Shown here: positions 9,536 through 19,992 of the stretch, piece after piece | Layout: every line of letters starts with the position of its first letter | How positions within the stretch are numbered: the stretch's first letter is position 1 | Source: Psychromonas sp. | Lineage (GTDB): Bacteria; Pseudomonadota; Gammaproteobacteria; Enterobacterales; Psychromonadaceae | DNA length: 64,000 nucleotides | Direction of reading: 5' to 3' | NCBI GenBank assembly: GCA_013619145.1 | Contig: JABXKR010000309.1 | Span: 2,744-66,743 of the forward strand | Notes under the pieces: model-generated | Database searches by the model: none | Told to the model about the DNA's origin: nothing | The model's input: only the letters and a program-made list of their open reading frames with translations | Position numbers and translations under genes: made by a program

Positions 9536-9780
9536 TTAACCGGGCACCCTGCTATTAAGTTGCAAAAGGCCTGTAAAATCAACCTGATACCATATTATTA
9601 AGTTGCAAAATGCCTGTAAAATCAACCTGAGACCATATTATTAAGTTGTAAAAGGCCTGTAAAATCAATCTGAGACCATATTATTAAGTTATAAAAGGCC
9701 TGTAAAATCAACCTGAGACCATATTATTAAGCTGCAAAAGGCCTGTAAAATCAACCTGATACCATATTGTTAAGTTGTAA
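9536..9780 (-). repeat. Tandem array of the gspF 3' end, 43-bp period, five extra copies
   Basis: Copies start at 9536 (degenerate), 9579, 9622, 9665, 9708 and 9751 (native); unit = last 10 codons plus linker TTTTACAGGCCTT. Confidence 0.96.
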
Positions 9781-10965
9781 AATTGGCTGCAAAATTGCCG
9801 ACACGATAAATAAAACCACCCCCGCCATTGAAATCACTAAAGCAGGTTCAAAAATACCCAAAGCGATAGTAACTTGCGCTGAAAATTGTTTGTCTTGATT
9901 ATCCGCAGACCGTTCCAGCATATTGCCAAGCTCACCACTACGTTCACCACTGGCTATCATATGTAACATCATAGGAGGAAATAGTTTAGTGCTCTTTAAG
10001 GCTCGTCCGAGGCTTGCACCTTCGCGAACCCGCTCTGTGGCTTCCCCTACCTGCTGGCGAATATAAAGGTTACTCAGTACCTGCCCGGCAATGGACATAG
10101 CCTCCAATAGCGGCACGGCACTGCTGTTTAAAATACTTAATGTACGCGCAAAACGGGCTGTATTTAACTCATTAGCAACACGCCCGATCACCGGCAGTTT
10201 AAGTAACTGTTGATCAAACTTTAACTGCTTCTCCTCCTTTTTTAAGATCTGCTTACTAAAGAACAGGAAGGCAACAACAAACAGTACAAAATACAAACCG
10301 TAAGCACTTAAAGCGTCACTGGCAGCAATTAAAAATTGTGTTGAACCGGGCAGATCTGCGCCCATATGTTCAAACTGCCCCACCACCTGAGGCACAACAG
10401 AAGTTAGCAAAATAGCCACAACAGAGATCGCCACTAAGGTTAATACAATTGGATAGATCATCGCCTGCATCATTTTGCTTTTCATTTCTTGACGTTGCTC
10501 TGCATAATCGGCAAGCCTGTCTAATACTTTATCAAGATGCCCCGACTTTTCGCCTGCGGCCACCATAGCACAGAATAGATTATCAAAAATAAGCGGAAAA
10601 CCACGCATACTATCAGCAAGACTATGCCCTTCAATCACGCCACCGCGCACAGAAACAATCATCGCTTTAATTTTTGGTTTGTCACACTGCTCAGCAACCG
10701 CGTGTAAACACTCTTCAATCGGAATAGCAGCTGCGACTAATGTTGATAATTGACGGGTTATTAATGCTAAATCAGCCGTTTTTATTTTACTGCTGAATAA
10801 ACTGGCACCACTTTTAGATGTTTTACTGGCAACCGCTTCCACCTCAACAGGTGTTAAGCCGGAGCTGCGTAATTGTTGGCGTAGCAGACGTGCGGAATCG
10901 GCTTCTAATGTGCCTTTTTGCTGTTTTCCTCGTGCATCGATTGCTTTATAAAAAAACGTAGCCAC
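9751..10965 (-). CDS. gspF: Type II secretion inner membrane protein F
   Basis: TRQLSTLV, MVAAGEKSGHL, QAMIYP, MIASGERSG, FEP. Confidence 0.98.
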   Translation of the reverse strand: MATFFYKAIDARGKQQKGTLEADSARLLRQQLRSSGLTPVEVEAVASKTSKSGASLFSSKIKTADLALITRQLSTLVAAAIPIEECLHAVAEQCDKPKIKAMIVSVRGGVIEGHSLADSMRGFPLIFDNLFCAMVAAGEKSGHLDKVLDRLADYAEQRQEMKSKMMQAMIYPIVLTLVAISVVAILLTSVVPQVVGQFEHMGADLPGSTQFLIAASDALSAYGLYFVLFVVAFLFFSKQILKKEEKQLKFDQQLLKLPVIGRVANELNTARFARTLSILNSSAVPLLEAMSIAGQVLSNLYIRQQVGEATERVREGASLGRALKSTKLFPPMMLHMIASGERSGELGNMLERSADNQDKQFSAQVTIALGIFEPALVISMAGVVLFIVSAILQPILQLNNMVSG

Positions 10966-10966
10966 A

Positions 10967-12487
10967 CTAATCCTCTCTCGTTACGCGCAAGATCTCTTCC
11001 AGTGTAGTTTCTCCAGCGAGCACTTTTGCTAAACCATCATCTCGAATACTTGGCGTATGCTGACGAATCTCTTTTTCAACGGCCTGCTCACCCGCACCTG
11101 TATGGATCAATTCACGTACAATTTCATCCACCACCAGTAACTCATGGATCCCCGTCCGCCCTTTGTAACCCGTTTGGTTACAATGTTCACAGCCTACGGC
11201 ACGATAAATAATCGCTTTAGCATGACTTTCCAAACCTAATATTTGATTTTCTTTTTCAGTGCTGGCATGCGGCGCTTTGCAGCTTGGACACAAACGGCGC
11301 ACTAAGCGCTGCGCCAATACACCTAGTAAACTCGAAGACAATAAGAAAGGTTCAACCCCCATATCACGCAGACGCGTGACCGCACCAACGGCGCTATTGG
11401 TATGCAACGTCGAAAATACTAAGTGACCGGTTAAACTCGCCTGCACAGCGATTTCGGCAGTTTCCAAATCACGAATTTCACCAATCATCACTACATCGGG
11501 ATCCTGACGCAATATTGCCCGTAAACCACGCGCAAAAGTCATATCAACTTTACTGTTTACTTGGGTTTGACCAATACCGTCAATCGCATACTCAATAGGA
11601 TCTTCAACCGTAAGAATATTACAGTCTTTGGAGTTTATCTCTAATAACCCCGCATAGAGCGTGGTACTTTTACCCGAACCTGTCGGGCCGGTAACCAGAA
11701 CAATGCCATGCGGTTTGTGGATAAGATCGCGCAACAAGCCATGGTTTTGCTCAGTCATCCCCAGTGTTGCAAGATCGAGTTTAATAGCGTTTTTATCTAA
11801 CAAACGTAAAACAACACGCTCACCATGGCTAGCCGGCATGGTGGAAACACGCACATCAACCGCACGGCCACCAATACGCAGCGAAATACGACCATCTTGC
11901 GGAATACGTTTTTCGGCGATATCAAGTTTCGCCATTACTTTAATACGTGATACCAATAAAGCAGCCAACTTACGCTGAGGTTTTAAAATCTCACGCAGCA
12001 CGCCATCGACACGGAAACGAATAATCAATGAATTTTCAAAGGTTTCGATATGAATATCAGATGCTTCTTCTTTAATGGCTTCGCCTAACATAGCATTGAT
12101 AAGTTTGATAATCGGCGCATCGTCTTCAGTTTCTAACAGATCTTCATCATCTGGCAACTCCTCTGCAAGGGTAAAGAAATCATCGCTGCCAATATCTTCC
12201 ATCAATTGTTGTGCTTCAGAAGATGAAGACTGATAAGCCAGTGCAACCAGCTCCTCAAAACGTTCATTATCGACCAGCTTTAAGCTAAAAGAGTGGCCAA
12301 TCACGCGGCGCACTTCCAATAACAGCTCAGGAGCGGGCTTCTGCTTATAACAAAGTTCAGTGGACTGGCCGTCAAAGCCGATAACTAATTCATGTTTTTT
12401 AGAAAAAGGAAAAGGCAGTTGACCGCGAGGTGTTACCTCTGCGATCTCCTCTTCATAAACAGGAACTGTTTGTTCAAGCAGGCTCAT
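10967..12487 (-). CDS. gspE: Type II secretion ATPase E
   Basis: [22 protein letters not shown], CxxC metal motifs. Confidence 0.98.
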   Translation of the reverse strand: MSLLEQTVPVYEEEIAEVTPRGQLPFPFSKKHELVIGFDGQSTELCYKQKPAPELLLEVRRVIGHSFSLKLVDNERFEELVALAYQSSSSEAQQLMEDIGSDDFFTLAEELPDDEDLLETEDDAPIIKLINAMLGEAIKEEASDIHIETFENSLIIRFRVDGVLREILKPQRKLAALLVSRIKVMAKLDIAEKRIPQDGRISLRIGGRAVDVRVSTMPASHGERVVLRLLDKNAIKLDLATLGMTEQNHGLLRDLIHKPHGIVLVTGPTGSGKSTTLYAGLLEINSKDCNILTVEDPIEYAIDGIGQTQVNSKVDMTFARGLRAILRQDPDVVMIGEIRDLETAEIAVQASLTGHLVFSTLHTNSAVGAVTRLRDMGVEPFLLSSSLLGVLAQRLVRRLCPSCKAPHASTEKENQILGLESHAKAIIYRAVGCEHCNQTGYKGRTGIHELLVVDEIVRELIHTGAGEQAVEKEIRQHTPSIRDDGLAKVLAGETTLEEILRVTRED

Positions 12488-14502
12488 TACAGCGCTTCCT
12501 GTTGCGAATTATCTTTTGTTACTTTCTGTCGCCCTTCCGGAAAAGCAAAATCATCTGGATTAATTTCATGACTTTCGCCCCATGCAGGTAATATCGGAGC
12601 ATCAGTATTCGGCATTAAATTAATGCCGTCTTCTCTTTGCAATTTTTGTATTTCGCGAATCAGACTGTATTTGCGCGTACTCAAATTACTCATCGTCTTA
12701 TCGTCACGGATAATAGTTGCACGGATAAAAACCATTAAATTACGTTTTTCAGTGCTGCTTTTGGTTGATTTAAAGAGATGGCCTAACCATGGAATATCGC
12801 CTAACAACGGCACTTTATCCACACTCTCAGTTACTTTTTCATCAATCAGACCACCAATCACCACAGTATCACCGGATTTTGCTAAAACCGTTGTTTTAAC
12901 TGCACGCGTTGAAAATACAACATCAACAGTATCGGTTGAATCTTTAATTGAAGAGACTTCTTGTTCAATCACCATCTGTACCGCATCGCCTTCATTGATT
13001 TGCGGTGTTACTTTTAGTTTAATGCCGATATCTTTACGCTCAATGGTTTGGAACGGATTAGAATTCGTTGAACTGGCTGTCGAACCAGTTAAAACCGGCA
13101 CTTCATCACCAACAATAAAACTCGCTTCTTGGTTATCAAGGGTGGTAATGCTCGGTGTTGCCAGAATATTTGAACTGGTTGTGCTACTAATTGCTTGTAA
13201 TACCACTCCCCAGTCATTGCCCGCAAAACCGACAATACCGCCAGCAACTTTAGCAATGGCACTAGCCGCACCTGTTAAGTCATCACCGTCATCAGAATTT
13301 TTGACTTCATAAGCAGCGCCAACTATTTCACCAGTGGTCACACCATTACCATGGAACTGTGTACCACCATAAGGAGTCCCCCACTGCGTACTTAAATTAA
13401 TGCCATCGCCTTCTGAAACCTCAACAACAATCGCTTCAATTAATACCTGTGCACGACGAATATCAAGCTGACGAATGATACTGCTCAGCGATGACATTAA
13501 TGCAGGTTGCGCAGAAACAACAATCGCGTTAGTGCCTTCATGCGCTTCAATACTCAACGTTGATTGAGTCGATTTTGAACTACTTTTACCCCCTTTTTCA
13601 ATGCTTTTACTGACCCCTTTTAATACACTGACCACCTCTTTCGCTTTGGCGTATTTCAGGTAAAAAACGCGGGTATTACCATTATTTTTCAGTTCATCAT
13701 CCAGTGATTTAACTAACTTAACAATACGCGCGCGGGTTTTTGGCTCACCACTGATAATTAATGAGTTAGTACGTTCATCGGCAACTAAACGCGGTTTTAA
13801 AATGCTTGGTGTGGTGTTTTTTGAACCTGCAGCGGGTTTTTGAATGGCATTCAGAATTTTAACCATCTCTATTGCACTGGCATATTTAAGCTTAACAATA
13901 TCAACTTCCTGGTCGCCGGCTTTATCAACACGGTGGATAATTTGTACCAGACGATTTACAACAGAAGCTCGACCTGTGATCATAATTACGTTGGAGGGAT
14001 CATAATGAACAACATTACCGCCACCCGCATTATCATTTAGCTGACGTAGTAAAGGGGCTAATTCTCGTACGGAAACATTAGTAACGGGCACAACACGTGT
14101 AACCATCTCATCGCCAGAGAACTGTAAACCATCATCAACCACGGGTATCGATGACACTTTGGCATCTTTGGCTTTGATAACTTTGATAATACCACTGTCC
14201 ATTTCGACAATTGCAAAACCGTAAACTTCTAATACATTCAAGAAAAACTGGTAATACTGCTTTTCATTTAAGAGATCATAACTGCGGACGTTAATATTCC
14301 CCCGCACGGCAGGATCCAGGATAACTGTTTTATTTAAGTTTTTACCAACAATATTGATAAATTCATTAATATCCGCATTTTTGAAACTCGCAGAGTATTC
14401 CGTTGCAAATACAGGCCCAGTACTTGCGCCATTAAGCACTAAAGCAAACAAACTTAGGCTTAATAATTTGCCCAGCTTGTTTTTCATCCCTAAAAATATC
14501 AT
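12487..14502 (-). CDS. gspD: Type II secretion secretin D
   Basis: [40 protein letters not shown]. Confidence 0.98.
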   Translation of the reverse strand: MIFLGMKNKLGKLLSLSLFALVLNGASTGPVFATEYSASFKNADINEFINIVGKNLNKTVILDPAVRGNINVRSYDLLNEKQYYQFFLNVLEVYGFAIVEMDSGIIKVIKAKDAKVSSIPVVDDGLQFSGDEMVTRVVPVTNVSVRELAPLLRQLNDNAGGGNVVHYDPSNVIMITGRASVVNRLVQIIHRVDKAGDQEVDIVKLKYASAIEMVKILNAIQKPAAGSKNTTPSILKPRLVADERTNSLIISGEPKTRARIVKLVKSLDDELKNNGNTRVFYLKYAKAKEVVSVLKGVSKSIEKGGKSSSKSTQSTLSIEAHEGTNAIVVSAQPALMSSLSSIIRQLDIRRAQVLIEAIVVEVSEGDGINLSTQWGTPYGGTQFHGNGVTTGEIVGAAYEVKNSDDGDDLTGAASAIAKVAGGIVGFAGNDWGVVLQAISSTTSSNILATPSITTLDNQEASFIVGDEVPVLTGSTASSTNSNPFQTIERKDIGIKLKVTPQINEGDAVQMVIEQEVSSIKDSTDTVDVVFSTRAVKTTVLAKSGDTVVIGGLIDEKVTESVDKVPLLGDIPWLGHLFKSTKSSTEKRNLMVFIRATIIRDDKTMSNLSTRKYSLIREIQKLQREDGINLMPNTDAPILPAWGESHEINPDDFAFPEGRQKVTKDNSQQEAL

Positions 14503-14596
14503 CTTAACTAAAACTCCAAATCTATGCTTTTTATTATGGATTGACTATTTGTTATAATTTTTCTGAAATAGTTCAACCTAATTCTTTTTCGGCTAA

Positions 14597-15460
14597 TTAC
14601 GGAATACTGAAATACAGTTCGTGTAACTGTCCGTCTCGTTCAACCGTTAAACTCATATCGGTCATCGTGGGAAATTCTTTCATTAACGTAAACGCCTGCT
14701 GCGTATCCGTTAAATCAATACCATTTAACTCAATGGCAAGATCACCATTTTTCAATCCGGCCTGATCAAATAAGCTGCGCTCTTTACCCGGTTTGATGCG
14801 GTAACCTTTCACCTCCCCGTCCTCACGAACAGGTGAAATACGAATATAATCGGTTAACTTACCAGGATTTTTCAACAGCTCTTTTCGATCTAAATTAACC
14901 GTTTTCACCTGATTCTTCTTAACTTTTTTACTGCTAGAAACTCGAGCTTTAGACTCATGGGTGTCCCGCTGCCTATCCACTGTTTCAACACCATCTAGCA
15001 TCAAAGTTTGAAGCTCACCATTTACATCGAGAATAATACGATCTTCATATATTTCTGAAACACTCGCATTAGTCCCCTCAATCTTTGATTCAATAAAGTA
15101 ACTGTCCTGTTTACTTTTATAAGAGATAATCGCACTGGAAAATAACGGATCAGTAGCGGCTACAACCCCAACCAAAGTTAAATTCAATTTTGTTTTTGGC
15201 ACTTCATTTACAGTCGCGGCTTTTTTCACTACTTTTTTAGGTTTTATCTGTTCACCAAAAAGGTGTTGCTGCTGTAATTTTTGGGTATCGATTTTATTAT
15301 CGTGCTGTAGCGTTTTTACTTTTGGGACAACCCATTTATATTTCGATTCTTGCTCTGGTAACAAAGCCCAAGTAAGTAAAGCAAGCTGGTACGCTAATAA
15401 CCCACTCACCACAACCAACACTACCCCGGAAATTTTTTGTAAAAAAATTGATAATGGCAC
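14597..15460 (-). CDS. gspC: Type II secretion protein C (PDZ type)
   Basis: TKLNLTLVGVV, GYRIKPG, GLKNGDLAIELNGIDL. Confidence 0.95.
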   Translation of the reverse strand: MPLSIFLQKISGVVLVVVSGLLAYQLALLTWALLPEQESKYKWVVPKVKTLQHDNKIDTQKLQQQHLFGEQIKPKKVVKKAATVNEVPKTKLNLTLVGVVAATDPLFSSAIISYKSKQDSYFIESKIEGTNASVSEIYEDRIILDVNGELQTLMLDGVETVDRQRDTHESKARVSSSKKVKKNQVKTVNLDRKELLKNPGKLTDYIRISPVREDGEVKGYRIKPGKERSLFDQAGLKNGDLAIELNGIDLTDTQQAFTLMKEFPTMTDMSLTVERDGQLHELYFSIP

Positions 15461-15686
15461 AAATACACCCTGCTTAATTTCTAATTCTGAGCATCTAACA
15501 CACTGTAAAAAATAGTGGCAAGTAATCCGTCATGCTACATCAGCCCCACATTCTCAACAAGCATATAGCTTCAATAATGCGGGATATACCCAAACTAATT
15601 ATAAATTTGTGGGTATTTTCATAAATGAGTCAGAAAAAAAACAATAGCAATTTGTTATACTGGTAATTCACAATTAGAGAAGAGTA

Positions 15687-15949
15687 ATACCAATTTGACT
15701 AAATTCTTTCTCACTCAGCTGGAGTTCAAAGCGTGTTAGACAAGGCTGATGATTGAGAGAATAGTTATTCTATTGTGATATCATCTAACGCAGTATAAAA
15801 CGCTTTGAAACCAGCCCTTCGGGAGACGCTGTACTATTCCATTTCGTTGTTGCATAAATTTAAAAGGGAATAACCATTCCAAACCGATGCGCCTAGAACT
15901 GAAACAGCACAGCGACTCTGAGTGGGAACTTAATTAATCAATTTGGTAT
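15687..15949. mobile_element. 263-bp MITE ending 5 bp upstream of hslR
   Basis: Imperfect TIRs ATACCAATTTGACTAAATTCTTTCTCACTCAG and CTGAGTGGGAACTTAATTAATCAATTTGGTAT; internal AAAAGGGAATAACCATTC is the reverse complement of a motif in the 4387 element. Confidence 0.78.
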
Positions 15950-15954
15950 ACAAA

Positions 15955-16359
15955 ATGACTGATAAAAAAATTCGCTTAGATAAATGGTTATGGGCAGCAC
16001 GTTTTTACAAAACACGTAGTATTGCACGCGATATGATCCAAGGTGGAAAAGTTCACTATAACGGGCAACGCGGCAAAGCGAGTAAAATTGTCGAAATTGG
16101 CGCTCTATTGTCAATTCGCCAAGGCGATGTAATCAAACAAGTTTGTGTTGAAATTTTATCTGACCAGCGCCGTGGCGCGCCGATTGCGGAAACTTTATAT
16201 AAAGAAACAGAAGAGAGTATAAAAAAACGTGAGCAGTACCAAACCTTGCGTAAACTGAGTTTACAGAATGCACCGCATCCAGATCGTAAACCAAATAAAA
16301 AACAGCGGCGAGAACTGATACAAGCGAAATCACAACGTAATACAGCCAATTACGACTAA
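15955..16359 (+). CDS. hslR: Ribosome-associated heat shock protein Hsp15
   Basis: RLDKWLWAARFYKTRS S4 motif; ATG at 15955. Confidence 0.97.
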   Translation: MTDKKIRLDKWLWAARFYKTRSIARDMIQGGKVHYNGQRGKASKIVEIGALLSIRQGDVIKQVCVEILSDQRRGAPIAETLYKETEESIKKREQYQTLRKLSLQNAPHPDRKPNKKQRRELIQAKSQRNTANYD

Positions 16360-16376
16360 ACAGATACAAATAGAGA

Positions 16377-17246
16377 GTGAAAAATATGAGTGACCAACTA
16401 CAACGTTTTATTTTTGATGATTACCAAATCCGCGGCGAAATTGCGCAAGCACATAACAGCTTCAATGAAATAATCAAAAAACATAATTACAGTCCAGAAG
16501 TGGAAAATATTGTCGGTGAGCTATTAATCGCGACCTGCTTATTAACGGCAACCTTAAAATTTGAAGGTAAAATTGCCGTACAACTGCAAGGTGACGGGCC
16601 ATTAAACTTAGCGGTAATTAATGCCAATCAAGATCTGCAATTACGCGGTACAGCACGCGCTGAAGGCGATACAACCGGGTTATCATTTAAACAACTTACT
16701 GGTAAAGGTCATCTGATGATTACTGTTACGCCGGATGACGGTGAACGTTACCAGGGCATTGTTGAATTACGAAAAGAGTCGCTAAGTGAATGTTTAGAAG
16801 ATTACTTTGAACAATCAGAACAATTAGCAACGCGCATTATTTTGCATGCCAGTAATACAGACAAAGCACAAGCTGCCGGTTTGTTACTGCAAACATTACC
16901 TGCTGTAGCTGAAAGCCATGAAGAGGAATTTCAGCATGTCAGTGCGTTAGCATCAACCGTCAAGGAAGATGAGTTATACACACTGGCAAACGACGAATTA
17001 CTGTACCGTTTGTACCATCAGGAAACCGTACGTTTATTTGAAGCAGCAGCCATCTCTTTTAAATGCAGTTGTTCAAAAGAGCGCTGCTTATCTTCACTCG
17101 CATCAATTGCACCTGAAGAGATTTTAGATCTGTTAAATGAGAACGGTGCTATCGATATGCATTGTGAATATTGCGCAAGTGATTATCACTTTGAAGTTGA
17201 TGACTTACAAATACTGTTAAATGATGAGCACAACACACAACACTAA
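16377..17246 (+). CDS. hslO: Hsp33 redox chaperone
   Basis: DQLQRFIF, QGDGPL, CSCS and CEYC zinc motifs. Confidence 0.97.
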   Translation: MKNMSDQLQRFIFDDYQIRGEIAQAHNSFNEIIKKHNYSPEVENIVGELLIATCLLTATLKFEGKIAVQLQGDGPLNLAVINANQDLQLRGTARAEGDTTGLSFKQLTGKGHLMITVTPDDGERYQGIVELRKESLSECLEDYFEQSEQLATRIILHASNTDKAQAAGLLLQTLPAVAESHEEEFQHVSALASTVKEDELYTLANDELLYRLYHQETVRLFEAAAISFKCSCSKERCLSSLASIAPEEILDLLNENGAIDMHCEYCASDYHFEVDDLQILLNDEHNTQH

Positions 17247-17253
17247 TTAAAAC

Positions 17254-17328
17254 GTAATTACTCAGGTCGTTGCCATTTAAGCTTATTTGATAAAAACACC
17301 TTAAATTAATAAGGTGCTGAGTCGTTAC
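17254..17328. mobile_element. 75-bp miniature inverted-repeat element, internally deleted form of the 33430 element
   Basis: Ends GTAATTACTCAG and CTGAGTCGTTAC; its reverse complement matches both ends of 33430-33683. Confidence 0.8.
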
Positions 17329-17371
17329 ATTAAAACAACAGGACTGATACAAATATCTGTCCTGTTTTGTT

Positions 17372-19495
17372 CTAAGCCGCTCGCTTAGAGACCTCAAAAC
17401 GTTCAACCAGTTTATTCAGCCGTAAAATAGAATTTTTTACCAGCGTAGTCCGGCGGATCAGCTGCTGCGATGATATTTCCATAGATGTCGTTGTACTCTG
17501 AGCATCTTTCGCTGTTTCACCATGTTGTTCGCTGTTGCTGGCAATCTGATTCATAGTATTAAACATATTTTCAACTGCCGTTTTTAACTTCAGACTTCTT
17601 TCTCCTGAATCCAGCACCAGGCTGTTCTGGTCAACATTTTTAACCCCCTGCTCCATATAACTGACCGCCATTTCTGATTCACTGCTTAATTTATCCATTA
17701 TATTGCCGATATGGCTGGCAGCCTGCGATGTTCTTGTGGCCAGATTTCTGACTTCATCAGCAACAACTGAGAAACCACGCCCATGCTCACCCGCTCGGGC
17801 AGCTTCAATAGCCGCATTTAAAGCAAGCAGGTTGGTTTGCTCGGTAATATCAGTGATCAGACCGACTATCGCACCAATCTCTTTCATCTGACTGTTTACG
17901 TCATTAACACTTTTAGCCGATGCCAAGACTATATCTTTGATTTGAGTGGTATTACTGACCGCCTGCGTATACTCCTGCTGTGATTTAGCCACAACATCGA
18001 GCATCAGTTCCTGCATGATTTGCGCCGAAATGGTGGCATTTGCTATCTCATCCTGCTGGCTGCCGGATAATACCAGCATCGAGCCGATAGAATTACTGGT
18101 CGCCCTGCTGGAGCTATCGACGCTAAGACAGCGACGCAGCATAGATTCACTGACCTGCTTCACTTCATTAGAAGCATGGATCATCTCACCAAGCATATTA
18201 TCCAGATTATCGATAAAGCTGTTAATCCAGCGCCCCATATCTCCTGATTCATCAGCACTGAACTGTGAAGTATCAAAGCGCTGATTAAGGTTGGCATCCC
18301 CTTCCGCTAACATCTGAATAACTTCAATCATATGTTTTAGCCGTCTGGTAACTGGTTTTACAGCAAAAGAACTGAACCAGACAAGCCCCAGTAAAGAAGC
18401 ACAAGCCAAAAGTAAATTGCTTTGCAAAGGTGATAAAGCAAACCAGCCGGTTGCAATAAAATTGCTTATAAATGGCAGGCTCATCGCAAAACTTAGTTTT
18501 TTACCCAGTGTATAGGTAAGCGAACGGTGACGATAAACCTCCTCTAAATCCGCTTCACACATCATTCCCCAGACATCCGGTGAACCATGCAGCTGGAAAG
18601 TAACCCCCTTACCGATAACGGGAATATGGCGATAATCAGAATAACCGGGATAAGCAACATAAAGGTTTTCACCGTTACGGATAGTCTCTCTGACGCCGGG
18701 ATGCAGTTGCTGAGTGGCTGGATCTGTAAAACGGATTTCAAATTCAGTATGCGCCTTTACCTTTACCATCCCCCAGTTGGTATTAACCCCTGATTTAAGA
18801 TTTTCGCCATGAGAGAAAGTATTGTCCTCAAAACGTGAACGAGAAAGCGCAGTTCCTGCTGAAATCGCAGGATTGAGCTTAGATTCAACCATAAAAATAT
18901 AGTTATCCCCGGACTCACTATAAACATGACCCGCTTCGCGCTGGATAAGATCGCCCATCACATCATTGGGTACCCGCCCGCAAAGGCAGCCAATGGTTTT
19001 ATTATCAACGACAAGCGGCTGATAATACATAAGGGTAACAGCATCATGGAAAGAGGAACTTGAGGGGCCGATCGATTCTGTTTGCGGATCGATATACGGG
19101 CCATGCAGAAACTGCGCTTGCAGTCCTTTTTTAAGGATATTTGTATCTATCATTCGCTTAGCGCAGGAGTTAGAGCTAGAAGATGAAACGCTGCCATCAG
19201 CCATCAATATAAACAGCTCAGAAAAATCATTATTTCTGGCTAATAGACTCTGCAGAGCGCTCTGCCATTCACTCTCTGGTTTGGAAGCGATATACAAGGA
19301 AGCATCATGGAGAAAGCTCCACTGTGTATTTACCCAGGATTTTAAAATGCGCACCCGCGTATTAGCAATGCTGGTAAAGGTTTGTTCCAGTACCTTTTTC
19401 CGCCCTCGGTTTAACCAGCATGCCTTACCCATTGCCAGCCTACCGGTCGCGCCAAACAGGGGTAACCAATGACGTTCTTCTGCAGTCAGATCCAT
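17372..19495 (-). CDS. Methyl-accepting chemotaxis protein with large N-terminal domain
   Basis: [34 protein letters not shown] signalling motif; TM hairpin and HAMP-like segment. Confidence 0.93.
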   Translation of the reverse strand: MDLTAEERHWLPLFGATGRLAMGKACWLNRGRKKVLEQTFTSIANTRVRILKSWVNTQWSFLHDASLYIASKPESEWQSALQSLLARNNDFSELFILMADGSVSSSSSNSCAKRMIDTNILKKGLQAQFLHGPYIDPQTESIGPSSSSFHDAVTLMYYQPLVVDNKTIGCLCGRVPNDVMGDLIQREAGHVYSESGDNYIFMVESKLNPAISAGTALSRSRFEDNTFSHGENLKSGVNTNWGMVKVKAHTEFEIRFTDPATQQLHPGVRETIRNGENLYVAYPGYSDYRHIPVIGKGVTFQLHGSPDVWGMMCEADLEEVYRHRSLTYTLGKKLSFAMSLPFISNFIATGWFALSPLQSNLLLACASLLGLVWFSSFAVKPVTRRLKHMIEVIQMLAEGDANLNQRFDTSQFSADESGDMGRWINSFIDNLDNMLGEMIHASNEVKQVSESMLRRCLSVDSSSRATSNSIGSMLVLSGSQQDEIANATISAQIMQELMLDVVAKSQQEYTQAVSNTTQIKDIVLASAKSVNDVNSQMKEIGAIVGLITDITEQTNLLALNAAIEAARAGEHGRGFSVVADEVRNLATRTSQAASHIGNIMDKLSSESEMAVSYMEQGVKNVDQNSLVLDSGERSLKLKTAVENMFNTMNQIASNSEQHGETAKDAQSTTTSMEISSQQLIRRTTLVKNSILRLNKLVERFEVSKRAA

Positions 19496-19536
19496 CCTTA
19501 ACTCCTTATTAAATTATAAAAATTTAATCTAACTAG

Positions 19537-19552
19537 AGCAAAATCAATACCA
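19537..19552 (-). promoter_or_regulatory. Sigma54 promoter for the MCP gene
   Basis: Minus strand TGGTATTGATTTTGCT, GG-N10-GC. Confidence 0.7.
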
Positions 19553-19728
19553 AACTCAATAGAAGTGAATATAGATGTAATCCGATCAGTTAAAAAAAAG
19601 CTTCCGGGTAAAACGAAAAACAGTCTACCCCTATGCTGAGCGGGTATTTTAGGTATGCAAATAATTATTTATAAACTTGCTGACTCCAGCATTTGCTATA
19701 GACGGCAATCACTGCAAGTGCATTGCTA

Positions 19729-19775
19729 CGCACTTAAATGGAGCAATAATTGGAGAAGCGCCCCATTAATGAGCA
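19729..19775. promoter_or_regulatory. Two NtrC-like binding sites
   Basis: CGCACTTAAATGGAGCA (19729-19745) and CGCCCCATTAATGAGCA (19759-19775) versus consensus TGCACC-N5-GGTGCA. Confidence 0.55.
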
Positions 19776-19992
19776 GCAGAATAACGCGGCAATTCACAAG
19801 CACAGAGAGCGGATAAAAAAAGCTTAAGATCAAAAACATTTAATAAAAAGCACTGATTGATAAAACATTTTATGATTTTATTCCATTATTTGAACTAGAT
19901 CTCCCACACTTTTTTTTTAATCCCCTACTCTAGATACTGACATTTTATTTAATAATTAAAATGAAATTTCAACCACTTAAGAGGACTGATAT

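Noticed and set aside
12623-13312. 229-aa plus-strand ORF
   Set aside because: Antisense shadow of gspD with no motif; the same applies to the other short antisense ORFs inside core genes
14530-14596. Possible decayed copy of the gspC 3' end (ttatggatt..ctgaaatagttc versus ttacggaatactgaaatacagttc)
   Set aside because: Similarity is short and gapped in AT-rich DNA and cannot be distinguished from chance
15943-15954. TTG start for hslR
   Set aside because: Lies in the MITE terminal repeat; ATG at 15955 fits the family N-terminus
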